From assembly GCA_012295275.1 (NCBI GenBank), contig CM022677.1, positions 4,402,001 through 4,466,000 on the forward strand: a stretch of 64,000 nt of DNA. Direction: 5' to 3'. The translations under genes were made by a program, and so were the position numbers. Positions 40,107-54,179 of the stretch are shown here, piece after piece. How positions within the stretch are numbered: position 1 is the stretch's first letter; every line of letters begins with the position of its first letter. Under the pieces are notes generated by a model. The model did no database searches. It saw only the letters and a list, made by a program, of their open reading frames with translations, and had not been told where the DNA came from. Source of the stretch: Chrysomallon squamiferum. Taxonomy: Eukaryota > Animalia > Mollusca.

Positions 40107-41608
40107 ATGTATCAGCAGTACACTATTTTAGTTTTGCTTTTATCAGCTGTGAACTCAGAACTGTTTACGTCCGTATCACATCTCTACAGCTCTGTACTAG
40201 CAGGAAGAGACTTGGCAACAGCATTAAGAAATTTCAGTCATGTTTGTGAAGAAGGAACTAAATTGGAAATGTTGAAAACAATTTCAGATCAAATGGAACA
40301 GTACTGTTCGATAGCACTAAAATACCCAAATCGTTACATAGCCAACCCGATCTGTGCATTTTTATATATTAAACGTTTCACTTTGGACTGGGATCGAGAT
40401 GTGCAGCCTATTCTTCACGAAAGTTTTACGTCCCAGACAGAGCTAACTGAACTACAAGAAATTCGTGAACATCTTCCAAGTTAGGAAGATTTAGAAGGGG
40501 CCGCTGCAGCTGTGTTTCGACTTCAAGACACGTACAAATTAAATGTGTCAAGATTAGCAGACGGTTTTATATATAAACGATATATACAGAGATTATCAGC
40601 AGAAGACTGTTATCAATTAGGTCGCCTTGCATACCAAACGAAAAAATACAACTATGTCTATATTTGGATGGAGATAAGTCTCGAGAAACAAAGAACGGAA
40701 ACAATTCAGAACGTATCTCGGATAGAATTTCATGACTATGAAATACACGGTAGAGAATTAGAGGGACAGATAGAACACATTTTAAATCTGACAAATAAAC
40801 AGTTAACGCTAGCTCCTGAACTAGAACGTACTCCGAAAAGAAGAAAAAAGTATTCAAGTATATCAAAACTTAGGAAAGAAAAGAGAAAAGAAAATGCCAG
40901 AGTTAAAGAAAAAACAACTTTCGATGCTCTCTGTCGTGGTGAAGACGTTATTAAAGTACGACAGAGACATCGTTTGAAACGTCGCTACCATTACAGTATT
41001 AAAAAGCTGCTTCTAATTCTTAAGCCTGCTAAAGAAGAGATTCTGCATTTCTCACCGAAAATTGTTCTCTATCATGATTTTATCAGTGATGCTGAAATTG
41101 AAGACATTAAAACAGTTTCTATGCCACTTTTAAAAACATCTAAAATCAATCTGAGATAAGAATTAGCAAAAATACATTTTTAGGAAGAGCTTTCACAGAA
41201 GCAGACATGAGAATTGAGAAAAGAATTGAAGCAATCACAGGTCTTTCAATGAAAGCTGCAGAAGCACTTCAGGTAGCAAACTATGGAATAGGCGGACAGT
41301 TCACGGCTCAAACTGACTATTTCCACAAAGCAGATTCTTGCCGTGGAAACAGAATTGCCACGTGGTTAAACTATTTGAGTGATGTAGAAGGAGGTGCAAC
41401 AGTGTTTCTTCATCTTGGTGTAAGAATACAACCTAAAGCAGGTTCAGCTATATTTTGGTATAATTTGTATCGGAATGGTTCACCTAACAAAATGACAATT
41501 CATGTAGCTTGTCCCGTTCTTATTGGCTCTAAATGGGTATCAACTTACTGGATTCTAAAAAAAGGGGAAGTATTCAATCGACCATGTTCCACAAATCCAG
41601 AAGAATAA
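40107..41608 (+). pseudogene. P4HA: Intronless prolyl 4-hydroxylase alpha subunit pseudogene (probable retrocopy)
   Basis: Signal-peptide-like start plus ELFTS, then NPICAFLYIKRFTLDW, LPS*EDLEGAAAAVFRLQDTY, LSAEDCYQLGRLAY, ALCRGE, LKPAKEE....PKIVLYHD, RISK, AEALQVANYGIGG, GNRIATWLNYLSDVEGGATVF, HVACPVLIGSKWV. In-frame TAG at 40482-40484, a frameshift near 41155, the HxD His replaced by Gln, no introns, and an A23 tract at 41672-41694. Confidence 0.93.
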
Positions 41609-42338
41609 ATGAAATACGATGCAGCTTTTAATGTGCGCAGATGCTAGAAAGAGGTTTCTTTGTTGTTTGTGAAAAAAAAAAAAAAAAAAAAAAATATATT
41701 TAAAGTATTTCTTATTGCATGTTATTGATTTATTTTATTTTTATCGTGCTTTGTTGTATTTTTTTTCATCTCTTTTTCTTTCTTGCTCAATTCCGCAGTC
41801 TTCTTGTCGCGTGAGTTTCTTGCAAATGCTACACTGTCTTAGGTAAAAGATACAACGACAAACCGATATAAACATGCTGCATTGTTACAGCTGTTATAAT
41901 AGCTAAATTCTTTGTTCTTGAGATGAAAATTAAAGATCGTTTTAACTGTAAATATTTAACTTTAAATATTTTTTAGGGTGTTTAATTAATTAATAAATTA
42001 ATTAATTAATTTATCAAAAAAATAAAAAAAATAAAAATAATCAAAGCTGTTGTAGGTGAATATTTATAATATTATTATTATTTTTAAATTGTTCTTTTTC
42101 ATAGGTCTGTTTGTTTAAACTCAAGTAACTGAAGTTTTTAGTTTTAGTGAAACATCTCACCATTATTTCAACAAAGAGGGAAACGTCAAACCAGTAAACA
42201 CGTGTTTGATCAAAGTAATAAATTTACCAGTGGCTGCTTATTTCAGCCAAACGTCGACAAGTCTGTTTTGATATGTACACCAAATTCTTATTATCAATAG
42301 TCAGTAATGGTTTACACTGCTTGTAATAACTTAAATCA

Positions 42339-42403
<65 letters not shown>

Positions 42404-42520
42404 CTCTAAATAAATATAAATATATATATATTAGCTGTCCATTGTAGATGTAAATTGTCATCAAGTATCTGTTGTGTTAAAAATGAGGTCAACAAACAAG
42501 TATACTTATATTAGAAACTG

Positions 42521-42625
<105 letters not shown>

Positions 42626-42692
42626 ACGGCTTATTACTTATTATTTCACTGAGGTAATCTAGTCCGGATGAATCTAGGTGTAAATTTCAGAA

Positions 42693-43069
42693 TAGGAATA
42701 GGAATAGGAAAAAATTAACGTGCTAATCAGAGCAAGCTGTTGTGAAGCACGTCTGCAACGGGCACGCTTTCTGACAGGTCAGCGCGCGTGTCCGTCGCAG
42801 AAAAGAGTTTTGGGTAGGGAAAAGAATGGATTCTCGCCACGATTGCAGGACACAAGGAAGTGTCCAGCATATCGGATCGTAACGAGTCGGTACGGATGTA
42901 TCGCAGCCGCAATCCGCCCCCCGTGATATCCGGCACAATCTCTCAGCCATCACCGGGTCTGTGTTGTTTGTCGTCCTGGTTGTTCTGCTCTTGGCTGCTG
43001 TCGTTGTTTCTTTTTGGCTGCTGTTGTTGTTTCTTTTTGGCTGCTTCCTTCTGGTCCACGTGGTCCAAA

Positions 43070-43102
<33 letters not shown>

Positions 43103-43250
43103 CAATGGTCTTTTCATTGTTTTAAAAGATATTATAAAAAACCTGCAACTAAAACAAATAAGAACATAAATGTAGTTAACTTATTTACATTTTATTTTAA
43201 TTTAAAAGATGTTATAAATCCTGAAGCTGACTAAGAATATGAAAAAAAAA

Positions 43251-43282
<32 letters not shown>

Positions 43283-45021
43283 TAAAATAAATAACTAAAA
43301 TTCAATTTATTAAATTATAAAAAAATTAAATTGAAATAAGACACCATAATCAGGTTAGTAGTGTCTGAAAGTGGGTTCGTATAGTACGTTTATCATTTTT
43401 TAATTTTTAATTTAATTGGCCATTCAAATTGATTCGTCAATCAGCCGATCCATCCGTAGATCCATCAGCTATTCAACCAATCAATCCGCAAGTCAATAGA
43501 TTTATATAATTGTTGTTTGTTTTCGTGTCAAAAAAAAAAAAAAAAAAAAAAAAGTTTAAAGTTTGTGTTTTGTTTTGAGGATGTAATTTGTTACTGCAGC
43601 GAGGACTAACTCTCTGTCTTTCACGTTTGGTGCCAGGATGTGTTGGAGCGTGAACTCGATTTTTAGTTCCTCCAATGTATTGCGTAGTGCTTGTCTTTCC
43701 TTGGCAAAATTTGGACAGTGAAACAAGTAGTGTTTCATGGTTTCTGAGAGTCCACAACTGCAGTTTGGTGATGTGTGATGTTATGTTTGTATAGAATTGC
43801 GTTTAGGTTGGTTGAGTAACAAATTCTGGCTTTGGTGAGATTGTTGTTGTGTAGTTTGTTGGCGAGTGTGATTTTGGGTGTTTTGGCGAGTGGTTTGATG
43901 TTTAAGTGCCATTTGTTTTTGGTGTTGTTCCATTCGTTTTGCCATTGTTTGTCGTAATGTTTGGCAGCGATGGAGACAATTTCGTTTATTCCGTAATGTA
44001 TGTCTGTGCAGATGTCTTCGTCTTTAATGCTGAGTGACTCTTTGGCGTAATGGTGGTCGGCAAGTTTGTTGCCGATGATGCCGACGTGTGCTGGGAGCCA
44101 CTCGATGGTTAGTTCTTTCTTGTTGTGTTGTATTTCTTCGTGTAGTTGTTGTATTTTGCTGAGCAGGTCTGGTCTGCTGGAACTTCCGGATTGTATTGAG
44201 ATGACAGAACTTAGACTGTCTGAGAAGATGACTGTGTGTTTGTTGTTGTTGTGTTTTTATTCCCACAGCATGGTTCTGATGATGGCAACCAGTTTGGCCG
44301 TTAGATGCTGAAAGGTAATTTCTGATGCGGCTGAATTGTATAACGAAAGGTGATTTCGATGCGGCTGAATTGTATGCATGTGGGTTTGTTTGTGTGATCT
44401 TGGGCTATGAAGGCGAATCCTACACTCCCGTTGTCTGGGTTTTTGGATCCGTCAGTGTAGATGTGCGTGTGTTGTTTGTAGTGGTCGTTTGCTGCTGCCA
44501 AAAAAATGATTTTTTTGAATGGTTGGATCTCTGTTTTGTCAGTTTCTCTTTTTATCAGGAAAGGTGTGTTTATTGTTGGTTTTGTTTCTTTGTGGTATGC
44601 CGGCAGTGGCATTTCACCTATTCCTGTTTCCCTTTCGATTTCGCTAGCTGTTGTCGGGAAATTCGATAGTAGTAGACTATGCGATTTGAAGAGTTGTCCT
44701 ATCCTTTGTTCATCGGGGACCAGATCCTTGACCGGGTGGTCTGTGTTGAGTGTGTATTTTCAGGTTGTATTTTAGTAGCTGCAGTTTTCTTCTGTATTTT
44801 AATGGTTGGATGCTGTATTCTGACAGGAGGCTGTCGGATGGTGTTGTGTTTGGCAGGTGGCCGATCACCCTGAGGGCACTTGATTGAATTACGTCTAGTT
44901 TTTTTAAATAAAGTTTGGGAGCATTTGAGTAAGCCGTGGCTCCATAGTCGAGCCTGGAGAGAATACACGCTTTGTATATCAAAATCAGCGTTGACTCGTT
45001 TGCTCCCCAACTGGTTCCGGA
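42693..45021 (-). mobile_element. 5'-truncated non-LTR retrotransposon with RNase H (I/Nimb-group-like), 12-bp TSD
   Basis: Post-RT region IYKACILSRLDYGATAYSNA...LDVIQSSALR; RNase H motifs IYTDGSK, VIFSDSLSS and WLPAHVGIIGN.LAD; CCHC CSCG..ETMKHYLFHCP; stop at 43556; long 3' UTR ending in (TTCCTA)3. The direct repeat taaatttcagaa lies at 42681-42692 and 45022-45033. Frameshifted. Confidence 0.92.
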
Positions 45022-45039
45022 TAAATTTCAGAACAACAG

Positions 45040-45590
45040 AAAAGTTTATATAGTAATTACATTGTTAACAACGACTCGCAGTTTTCTAAGTATCATTTGT
45101 TAAAGAAAAGTTTATATAGTAATTACATTGTTAACAACGACTCGCAGTTTTCTAAGTATCATCATTTGTTAAAGAATAGTTTATATAGTAATTACATTGT
45201 TAACAACGGCTCGCAGTTTTCAAGTATTATCATTTGTTAAAGAAAAGTTTATATAGTAATTACATTGTTAACAACGACTCGCAGTTTTCTAAGTATCATC
45301 ATTTGTTAAAGAATAGTTTATATAGTAATTACATTGTTAACAACGACTCGCAGTTTTCTAAGTATCATCATTTGTTAAAGAATAGTTTATATAGTAATTA
45401 CATTGTTAACAACGACTCGCAGTTTTCTAAGTATCATCATTTGTTAAAGAATAGTTTATATAGTAATTACATTGTTAACAACGACTCGCAGTTTTCTAAG
45501 TATCATCATTTGTTAAAGAATAGTTTATATAGTAATTACATTGTTAACAACGACTCGCAGTTTTCTAAGTATCATCATTTGTTAAAGAAT
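45040..45590. repeat. 69-bp tandem array (~8 copies)
   Basis: aatagtttatatagtaattacattgttaacaacgactcgcagttttctaagtatcatcatttgttaaag repeated. Confidence 0.97.
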
Positions 45591-48500
45591 GACGGCAGTT
45601 TGAACACAATCAGACTGCCGAGTGAGATGAACTGATCGCGACTCTTTGAAGGGTTAACAATGACACTAAACGTCTTGTAATTAGTACGTGCAGCTAGATG
45701 AACAATGTTATTGTTAGTTTTCACGTTTTTCTATTGTGTAAACAGAAAGATTTAGCTACGTAGTGACAATTATATGCAACTGTAGAAAGCAGATAGAAAA
45801 CGAAATAAAAAGTCTGAATGGACTGAAGATAAAAACAAACTTTCGAACCACTGATTATCTTAAAATGAGAAAAAAATTAAGTCTTTTTCTGCTGTTATCG
45901 AAATCAGCTTTTGCAATTAATGTTGAACTTGGAGGCCACGACAGAGAAATTTGAACAGAAATATGAAAACAACAACAACACAAAAATAAACAGTCATCAG
46001 TGACAGACTATTTTTTCGCTGACAGTTAACCTTTAACGTTTGTTAATATTCCAGTTTTGTATTATTTTAATCTTTATAAATCTGTATTTATTTTTTATTA
46101 TTTATATTTTAGTTATTTATCACATATTAATAGACACGGCATATTGTTTTTTTTTAATGTAAATTGATATATGCTATTCCTGGAACGTACCTCCACATTC
46201 ACATTTATTACTCTTAATACAGCTTTATACGTTGTTTCGTTATCAGCGATTTTCTGTGGTGCGCAGTGACGTACACCGAGAACCCCACAAACAGAAGAAA
46301 GAAAGAAACTGTAGCTGAAGGGAGATTACTCTCATATAATAATAATTTTGGTTTTTTTTTGGGGGTGCGGGATTCCTGCTGTTATTTGCGGTATTTGTTA
46401 TTTATGAATTTTGCAGATAAATGTAGATTCTAAGAATCACCAAGAGTTGATTTCTTTATATATGTAGGTAATAGTAGAATATTTCTTTCTTGAAATGACT
46501 GTCTTTTTGTTTTTTTCTAATTTAGCTTGTCAAATGTTTTGTCGTCTGCTTTTTGGATAGTTTTCAAGGGCAGATAATCAAAAATGAATTATTAAACAAT
46601 ACGATGCAGAATCTTGTCACAAGACTCGAGTTTATTTGTTTTGAGTAATTTATCTGACTTTTTATTGATCAATCAACAGAATAATCAGTCATATTTTGCT
46701 TTTCATTTAAATTATTATTTAATTATATTTATCAGGTATATGACAGTATTTTCCAAAACATAATTTTCCTTTAAATTATATAACTGACAACATCATAATG
46801 GCAACAACAACAATAATAAAAAAGAAAAGAATAATAATAATAATAAAAAAGTAAAAAAATAATAAAATATTGACAAATTTTTATCTGAATAAAATTTGCT
46901 GGTAATTTTCCTTCATAATGTGTGGAAAATCTGTTTTCATTTCAGTCATTTAGCAAACAGAACACTGAATATCTCGTACAGTTTCAAACCAGTATACACG
47001 TGTTTTATATCAAAATGGCGATTTCTGAAGCTCAACAGTATTTTTAAGCATGATGCAGAAATTAACAAATTTTAATTAATTGCACTAAATCGCTCAGCTG
47101 TACCTTACAGTTTGATTATTAATTTCCAAATTTAAGTAACTGGTAAATTCATTTATTTGTATCAAATTTGGTAGAATATAAAGGAAACTATAAACTTGTC
47201 TGTCAATTCTCCATTGTTTATCAAAGAAACAAATATTTTTCTTTTTTCTGTTTTTAGGAGATCTCGCTGTGTTGAAGACATAAGTCAACATGACAGATTT
47301 CAGTTTTATCCAGTTTTAGTTCACGTTGTATCTTATACATCAGTCAAACAACGTGGAAATATTCAAATTTTAGGAAAATAATTTGTTTTCTTCTTCACTA
47401 AAGGAGATGATTGTTTTCTCAGTCATGATCCTGTTCAGAGAATCCATTGTTACTTTAAATTCAAACTCTAAAACTATGTAATATTTATATATATATTTAA
47501 TAATGAATAACAGCTGAAGGCTTTTAGTTTCAAGATTTATATCTGATTATCTACAAAAGTTCCGACATTGTTTATTTTTTCTGTATAAATAATTATTGTT
47601 CCCAGACAAGATGGCTGCCATCATGTGGCAATTCTGTGTAAGATTCTTCGAACATCAAACAAAACAGTAAATCCCTAAACACCGGCAGTCATCCAGCAAC
47701 AACAAAACAAATAAAATAAATAAAGGAACACAATAACCTTTATTAAAATATACTGTACTAATTATAAACCGATGTAGTTTTTTTTTTTTTTTTTTTTTTT
47801 ATTTTATTTTATTTTATTTTATTTTTTAATCTTATTATTAGCCAACCAGAAATTCATAAAGACCGTAAATCATCGAGCATTTTTCCGCAACTACTATACT
47901 AAAACAAATAAAATAATACAAATAAAAAAGATGTCAAAACAAATAAAATAAATAAAGGAACATAATAACCTTATTAAAATATACCTTACTTTCTTTCTTT
48001 TTCTTAATTTATTTATGTTAATGCACGAAATAAAATCACAAAACTTAGAACTCACATTACAATAAGTTGCTTATTATTGTCCCGGAATTTACCAAGGTTT
48101 GATATAGGTCTGAAGAATTGGTCTGAAAAAAAAAAAAAAAATAATAATAATAATAAAATAAAATAAATAATAATTTTCCTTTGTTTTACATGCATCGCAT
48201 TTTAAACTGTAGTCTGTGTAAGATATCTCATATTACCGTCATTACTAAAACTAATGTTTACTGTTATCTAAACTGAGTATGCGTTAAAACAACAAATGAT
48301 CCCATCAAACAATTCATAATGGCACTACATTTAAACTTTATTTCTCTTAAAATAAAAATGTGTGTGTGTGTGTGTGTGTGTGATCAATGTTTGAACCTAT
48401 TCTATCATCTGTTATCAGTAACAAAGTAGAAACTAATCAAATGAAGGGTGTATTCACCTTTTCGGGTGTCTTTTCCTGGCGTGCTGAAATGTTAAATAAA

Positions 48501-50089
48501 AACATATGAAAGTAAATACGTTTTAATATATTTGTAAAATTTCAATAATAAGTAATAGTATTTCAAAATAATTAATTTTATAATTGAGACAGAGACACAC
48601 ACATTTATGTAAGCGATTTTTATTTTTATTTTTTTTTTTTTTTTATTCCTATATTTAGAATTAGAAAACGTGTTGGCTTAGGAATTTTATTTTATTTTTA
48701 AAAATATTCATTTTCTAATTTCATTCGAATTTTATTCCTGAATATTTACTGCACTTCCAACTAGAAATATTAAGATGAATATCACTTCATATATAATTAA
48801 TTATTTGCTAATATTTCAAGTGTAACCTCAGCTTTTAAATACATACCTGTCTAGAAAAAGAAAATCAATATTTAATTATCAATACAATCTCAGGTGCAGC
48901 TAAAAACTAATCCTATTTTGTTAGTAACAGATAACTGGAATCTGGAAGCCCTTTATATTTCTATATCCTTGAATGAGATGATATATGAAAGTAAGTATGT
49001 TTTAATATATTTGTCAAATTTCAATAATAAATAAAAGTATTTCAAAATAATTAATTTTATAACTGAGACACACACACACACAAACTTATTTATGTATACG
49101 ACAAATTATACTGAAAATTACAGGTATGATTTCACTGTGAACATTCAGAAATATAGATGGAACTTCCGTGTTTTTCTGAGGCCTAGAATTGTTTTTGATC
49201 AGAAGACTGGTAAATTTCTCTCAATCTCAGTTTTGTCGTATAAACGACCGTAATGTAAGCTGAAGGCGTTTTTCAGGTTTCTGAATAAAGACCAAACATT
49301 AATTCTAAAAGCAAGGGTTCTTTTTAATATTATCACTGAAAAAATATAGGAGGAAAATGTATATACGCAATCTGAATGTGTGTGTGTGTGTGTGTGTGTC
49401 CATATCTATCTGTATAAAAATGTAAAATTATCCCATTTAAATTTATTTTGTGAATATGAATGTGTAAAAAAAATGCCTTTTGTAAACTGCGAATGTAAAA
49501 AAGGACTCAATATTTTTATTGAAATGTACGCAAACTAATAAAAACATGTTCCTTATATTAATTCAGGTCTTTTGTTTTATGATTTACAGTCAGCGATCAA
49601 GTGGGTTAAGAGAATTTACATTATCCTCACATGAAGAAATCACAGTTGTTTTCACTCGAGTGTTTACAATAATCATGTTCTATGAAAAAGGATACATTTT
49701 CAGAGATAGGTTTGATGCTGAAGTGTGCACTTGTTTAATCAACACAGCATGTTTTTCTACCGAGTTCAAAATAAATAAAGTGTAATGAAACTTATAAACA
49801 ACATTCACAGATTTCTTCGTTGGAATATTTAGATTACTGTTACAAAAATGTGTTCAAAATTTTTGGTAGAAATGTTTATTGCATTCGTAACAGTTCATTC
49901 AAATTTATCTTAATAATGCATTAATAATGAAAAACAAGGCAACAACAGAAAATGAAAAAATTATATTTATTTTAATAAATATCAACATTAGAAATTATAA
50001 CATCTAAACAACAAGTGTAAGTTAAACAGATATGTCTCTGTACAGAAGACACAGCAGGTACAGATCTAGGGTGTGGTGTGTTAACATAT

Positions 50090-50405
50090 TTGTGTGATGA
50101 GAAAATATCACAAATGTTCTCTTGCTCCTCAACCATATAACACTTTCGTTTTTTATTTTGTTCTCTCACACACTGCCTGAAATAAAAAATATAAAGAGTT
50201 ACCAAGTAAAATTTCTCAAACAGATTGTCATAGAATTTTATGGTATTTTAAAAGAATGAGAAAGAGAGACAAAGCAAGAAAGATATAATGAGAGAGAGAG
50301 AAAAAAGTTAGGAAGATGATGACAGAAAAAAACAAGTGAAACAGAAAAAATACAAAAAACCCAACAACATTCAACAAAATAAAATAAAATATAAGTGAAA
50401 TATTG

Positions 50406-50483
<78 letters not shown>

Positions 50484-53293
50484 TGTATACACATTTTTAA
50501 CAGTGCTCTTATGGTTAATCTTTAAACTAACAGGCTCAGAAATCACATCCTGGCCTTATATAAATGATAAATGAGATTACCAAAAACACTTCTTATTAAA
50601 AACATTTCAATGAAAACAACAAAGATAAAGATCTGAAAACAAAAATCTGAAAACAAAAATCTAATAAAAATATGATTTCCTTTATAAACTTTGATCTGTG
50701 TATTTTATCAGCACATAAATATCAGTATCGGTGTGTATGAATTAACAGAATATTTTATCATGTTATTCTATATCAGAAAATGTTGATTAGAGTATTTAAA
50801 AAATCATACAAACACGATGATAGAAAGTATTATTTTCTATATCAGAACACTGGATAGAGGCAACAATCATCAGTTAAGTTGTATGGTTGAAATTATCATT
50901 CTTTGTATCAGAACATTTTCTATAGAGCATTTTTAAAATCATTTTCTATGAAGTAGAATTGACATTCATTCATTCATTCATTCATAACAGTGGTAGGAGC
51001 AGAAGTTGCAATATTAGTAGCTAATTGATACTACTGGAGAATTAGATACTACTACTAATAATAACAATAACAATAACAATAATAATATTAATAATAACAA
51101 CAACAATAATAAGAAAGAAGAAGAAGAAGAAGAAGAAGAAGAAGAAGAAGATGAAGAAGAAGAAGAAGAAAATGGTGAAGAAGAGAAAATAAGAATATGT
51201 TTTTCACGGTTATACATATATTAAAATAAAAATAATTACTTGTTTTGGGGTTTATTATTATTATTATTATTATTATTATTTTATAACAGTTACCATTAAG
51301 ATTACTCACAGCACACTCAGTGTCTGTTTTGCTGAGGCTAAGGAAGATCACTGTTGTGTTAGAACACATTGCCAAACACACAGCTCGGAAAGCCTGGATT
51401 CCAAGATAAATTCTAAACCTAGCTAAAAAATAAATAAATAAACAAAAATGAAGGTGTTAATAATTAATGAAAATATAGAATACTAAATTATTCAGTAGGA
51501 TGTAATATTTAATAAAATAATAAAACAATTAATAATGTTATATATCCAATATTATGTAATTCAGTATGATTATATTTTAAATAAATTAAAAATAATAAGA
51601 AAATAAATAAATATATAAATAAAAGATAGATAGATACATACTTACATTAGATAGATACACAGAAGATAAATAGAAAGATTTATAAATAAATAAAAATCAA
51701 TAAAATAAAAAAAATCAACTGTCTACAAAAACTTGTTTTAAGAGCATTTTTATAAATTAAAACTATAAATAAATTTAGAATTATTTAAATAACTGGTTCT
51801 TAAGCTATTTATATTCAGAATTATCAAAAGAGAACTTAAAGAAAGATTATATATAATATTTTCTTTCTTTGTTATACTTCAAAAAATATTACAACTTTGA
51901 CAATAATTGTTAAAAATCATAACAAAAAGAAAGAAAGAAAAAAGAAAGAAACTTACTAATTAGGACGAAATAAGAAATGTTATAAAGACACAGACTGACA
52001 TACAGAAGGACAAACAGATAAGTATATATTAAGTAGAGACATAGGTATATAGACAGATTCTCAGAAAGAAATACACACAGACAAACAGATAAGTATATAT
52101 TAAGTAGAGACATAGGTATATAGACAGATTCTCAGAAAGAAATACACACAGACAAACAGATAAGTATATAGTAAGTACAGAGAAAGAAATACACACAGAC
52201 AAACAGATAGGTTATATATAGACAGATTCTCAGAAAGACAAATATATTTATCTGAACATTTTCAAGGAAAGAAATGCAAAAAGAAAAGCAGAGAGAGACA
52301 GAAATAAAATAAATAAATAGGGAGGCAGACAGAAAGAGAAACAGACAGATAGACTAAGACATATTTACAGACATATTTACCTGAATATTTTTTAAAGATT
52401 TTAAAATTCTGACTAAGTGACTAGGTTGTAAAGCTTGTGGTGGTTTAAGTCTTGGTCTGGCTGCTTTCAACAACAACTCCAGTTTCACAAGAAGATTAGT
52501 CAGTCGAGTCAAACTTTTTCTGTGGCTGTGGATGCATATCTTCCATGCTGTCACCCTTACTGGAAGAAAGTTTTGAAACTAATTTCTTTTCTTTTGTCAG
52601 AGTTGTTCCAGCAGTTTGTTCACTTTCTTTCTTAGACATTATTTTTACTGAATACCTCTGGCAATGGGTGGTGGTGTTTCTGGTTTCATTTCTAGTGTGT
52701 CTGGATGTTTCTTGGCACAGGAGTTTGAGTTTCCAGTGTTTGGTGTGGTGGTGTCAGTTTGTCTCAGGTCTAATGGTGGTACTGGTGTTGTTGTTGCTGA
52801 CTGCTGTTTCATTTTCAATGATGTGAAACCCATGTCAGTTCTGTGGAAGTAACAAAAGAGAGAGAAAAAGAACAATATATATTTGTGTGTGTGTGTGTGT
52901 ATAACAAGAAACATGATGAAGAAATATAATAATAAAAATAATTATAACTAGCTTGTAAAAAAAATAATAATAACAATAATAATAAATCATTAATAAAATA
53001 AAAGAATTTGAATTATTAGAATGTAGAAAAATAACCAGAAAGATGAATATGCAGTTAAGATTGAAAATATTAATACTATAAATTAATTAATCAATTAATT
53101 AATTAGTAAATCAAAATTTAAATTAAAATGATAATAATGAAATAAATACATACACAAACATACAATAATAATAATAAAAAATATTTCTAATTCTTCAAAT
53201 AAAATGAGCAGGATCACAAAATTAAAAAATGGGTCTTACAACATTTTCAACTGAAGTGCTGGCTGAGGCAGCTTGAATCTGTTGTCTAGAATC
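50090..53293 (-). pseudogene. Decayed minus-strand exons (one RRM-like)
   Basis: AG/GT-bounded blocks at ~53240-53293, 52381-52841, 51294-51422 (..IFLSLSKTDTECAVSNLNG, like an RRM helix-2 end) and one starting at 50176. Stops and frameshifts are present. Confidence 0.4.
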
Positions 53294-53493
53294 CTACAAC
53301 AAAACATAATATTCATTAACAAACTAAACATAAAATAAAGTGAAAGTAGCATTTTACATTATTGAAATAGTTGTAAATTCTGTAAATAAAATATTGAAAT
53401 AAATTCAAAATATCTGTTTATTGTTTAATTATTCTATAATATAAGAGTGTAATGTGTGTTTTTTGTGTGTGTTTTCATTCATTAAGTTATTAC

Positions 53494-53561
53494 CCTTTCA
53501 CATTGTTAAGAATACATGTTTTGATGATCTTGTTCATCAGTCTGATGAGATGTTCTTCAGG
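53494..53561 (-). pseudogene. Second, internally deleted copy of the KASH5/LRMP-like EF-hand exon
   Basis: Same splice sites and PEEHLIRLMN start as 31649-31773, but it lacks the LDPKG segment. Confidence 0.5.
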
Positions 53562-54179
53562 CTGAAAGTTAAGTAACAACAAAAGTTTCTGTATTAGTAA
53601 AGGAAAGACATGTAAAGGAATTAAATAAAAATATTGATAACTAGGACAGTATATTTACATTGTAAAAATGAAGCTTTACAGCATCTTAACAAAATATTAA
53701 AACAACTGGTCTGGTAAAGTACATTATATTTGTTGGTTTAAAAAACACTTACTTCAAGCTGGTCACTAATGACACTGTTAACCAAATCTAAAATAAAGAA
53801 GAAATATTTTATTTAAGAACAATCACAGCATTTTTTTTTAACTATTTTTAATATCTTTTAAAGGTAAACTAACTATACAGATAATGAAAAGAAACCCTGT
53901 TTCTAAAATATGAAGTGACACCCTTTTAAACAAGCAACTAAAACTATTTTTCTAATATACATCTTTCCACAAAACCCCCCCCAAAAAAAAACATACAAAC
54001 ATATACCATAATAAATAAACATATACCATAATGTTATATATATCAGGACAATCAGCTAGATTGTTAAATAACCTTATACCAGTCTGTGTAGCAGATCCAC
54101 ATGTTGCAGATCAGGCACCATAAACATAAGCACTAACAAAAATAGTTTTGAATAAATGGAATAAAAAATATACATTATA

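Noticed and set aside
40482-40484. Stop-codon readthrough or recoding that would rescue P4HA
   Set aside because: A separate frameshift, deletions and loss of the HxD histidine point to ordinary pseudogenisation.
42720-43070. GC-rich block as a CpG-island promoter, ncRNA gene or ribozyme
   Set aside because: It lies inside the TSD-bounded LINE next to its tail. I could not fit an HDV or hammerhead fold by eye.
48504-49101. ~110-bp direct repeat pair (48504-48616 / 48983-49101) as LTRs
   Set aside because: No TG...CA ends, PBS or PPT; this looks like a small local duplication.
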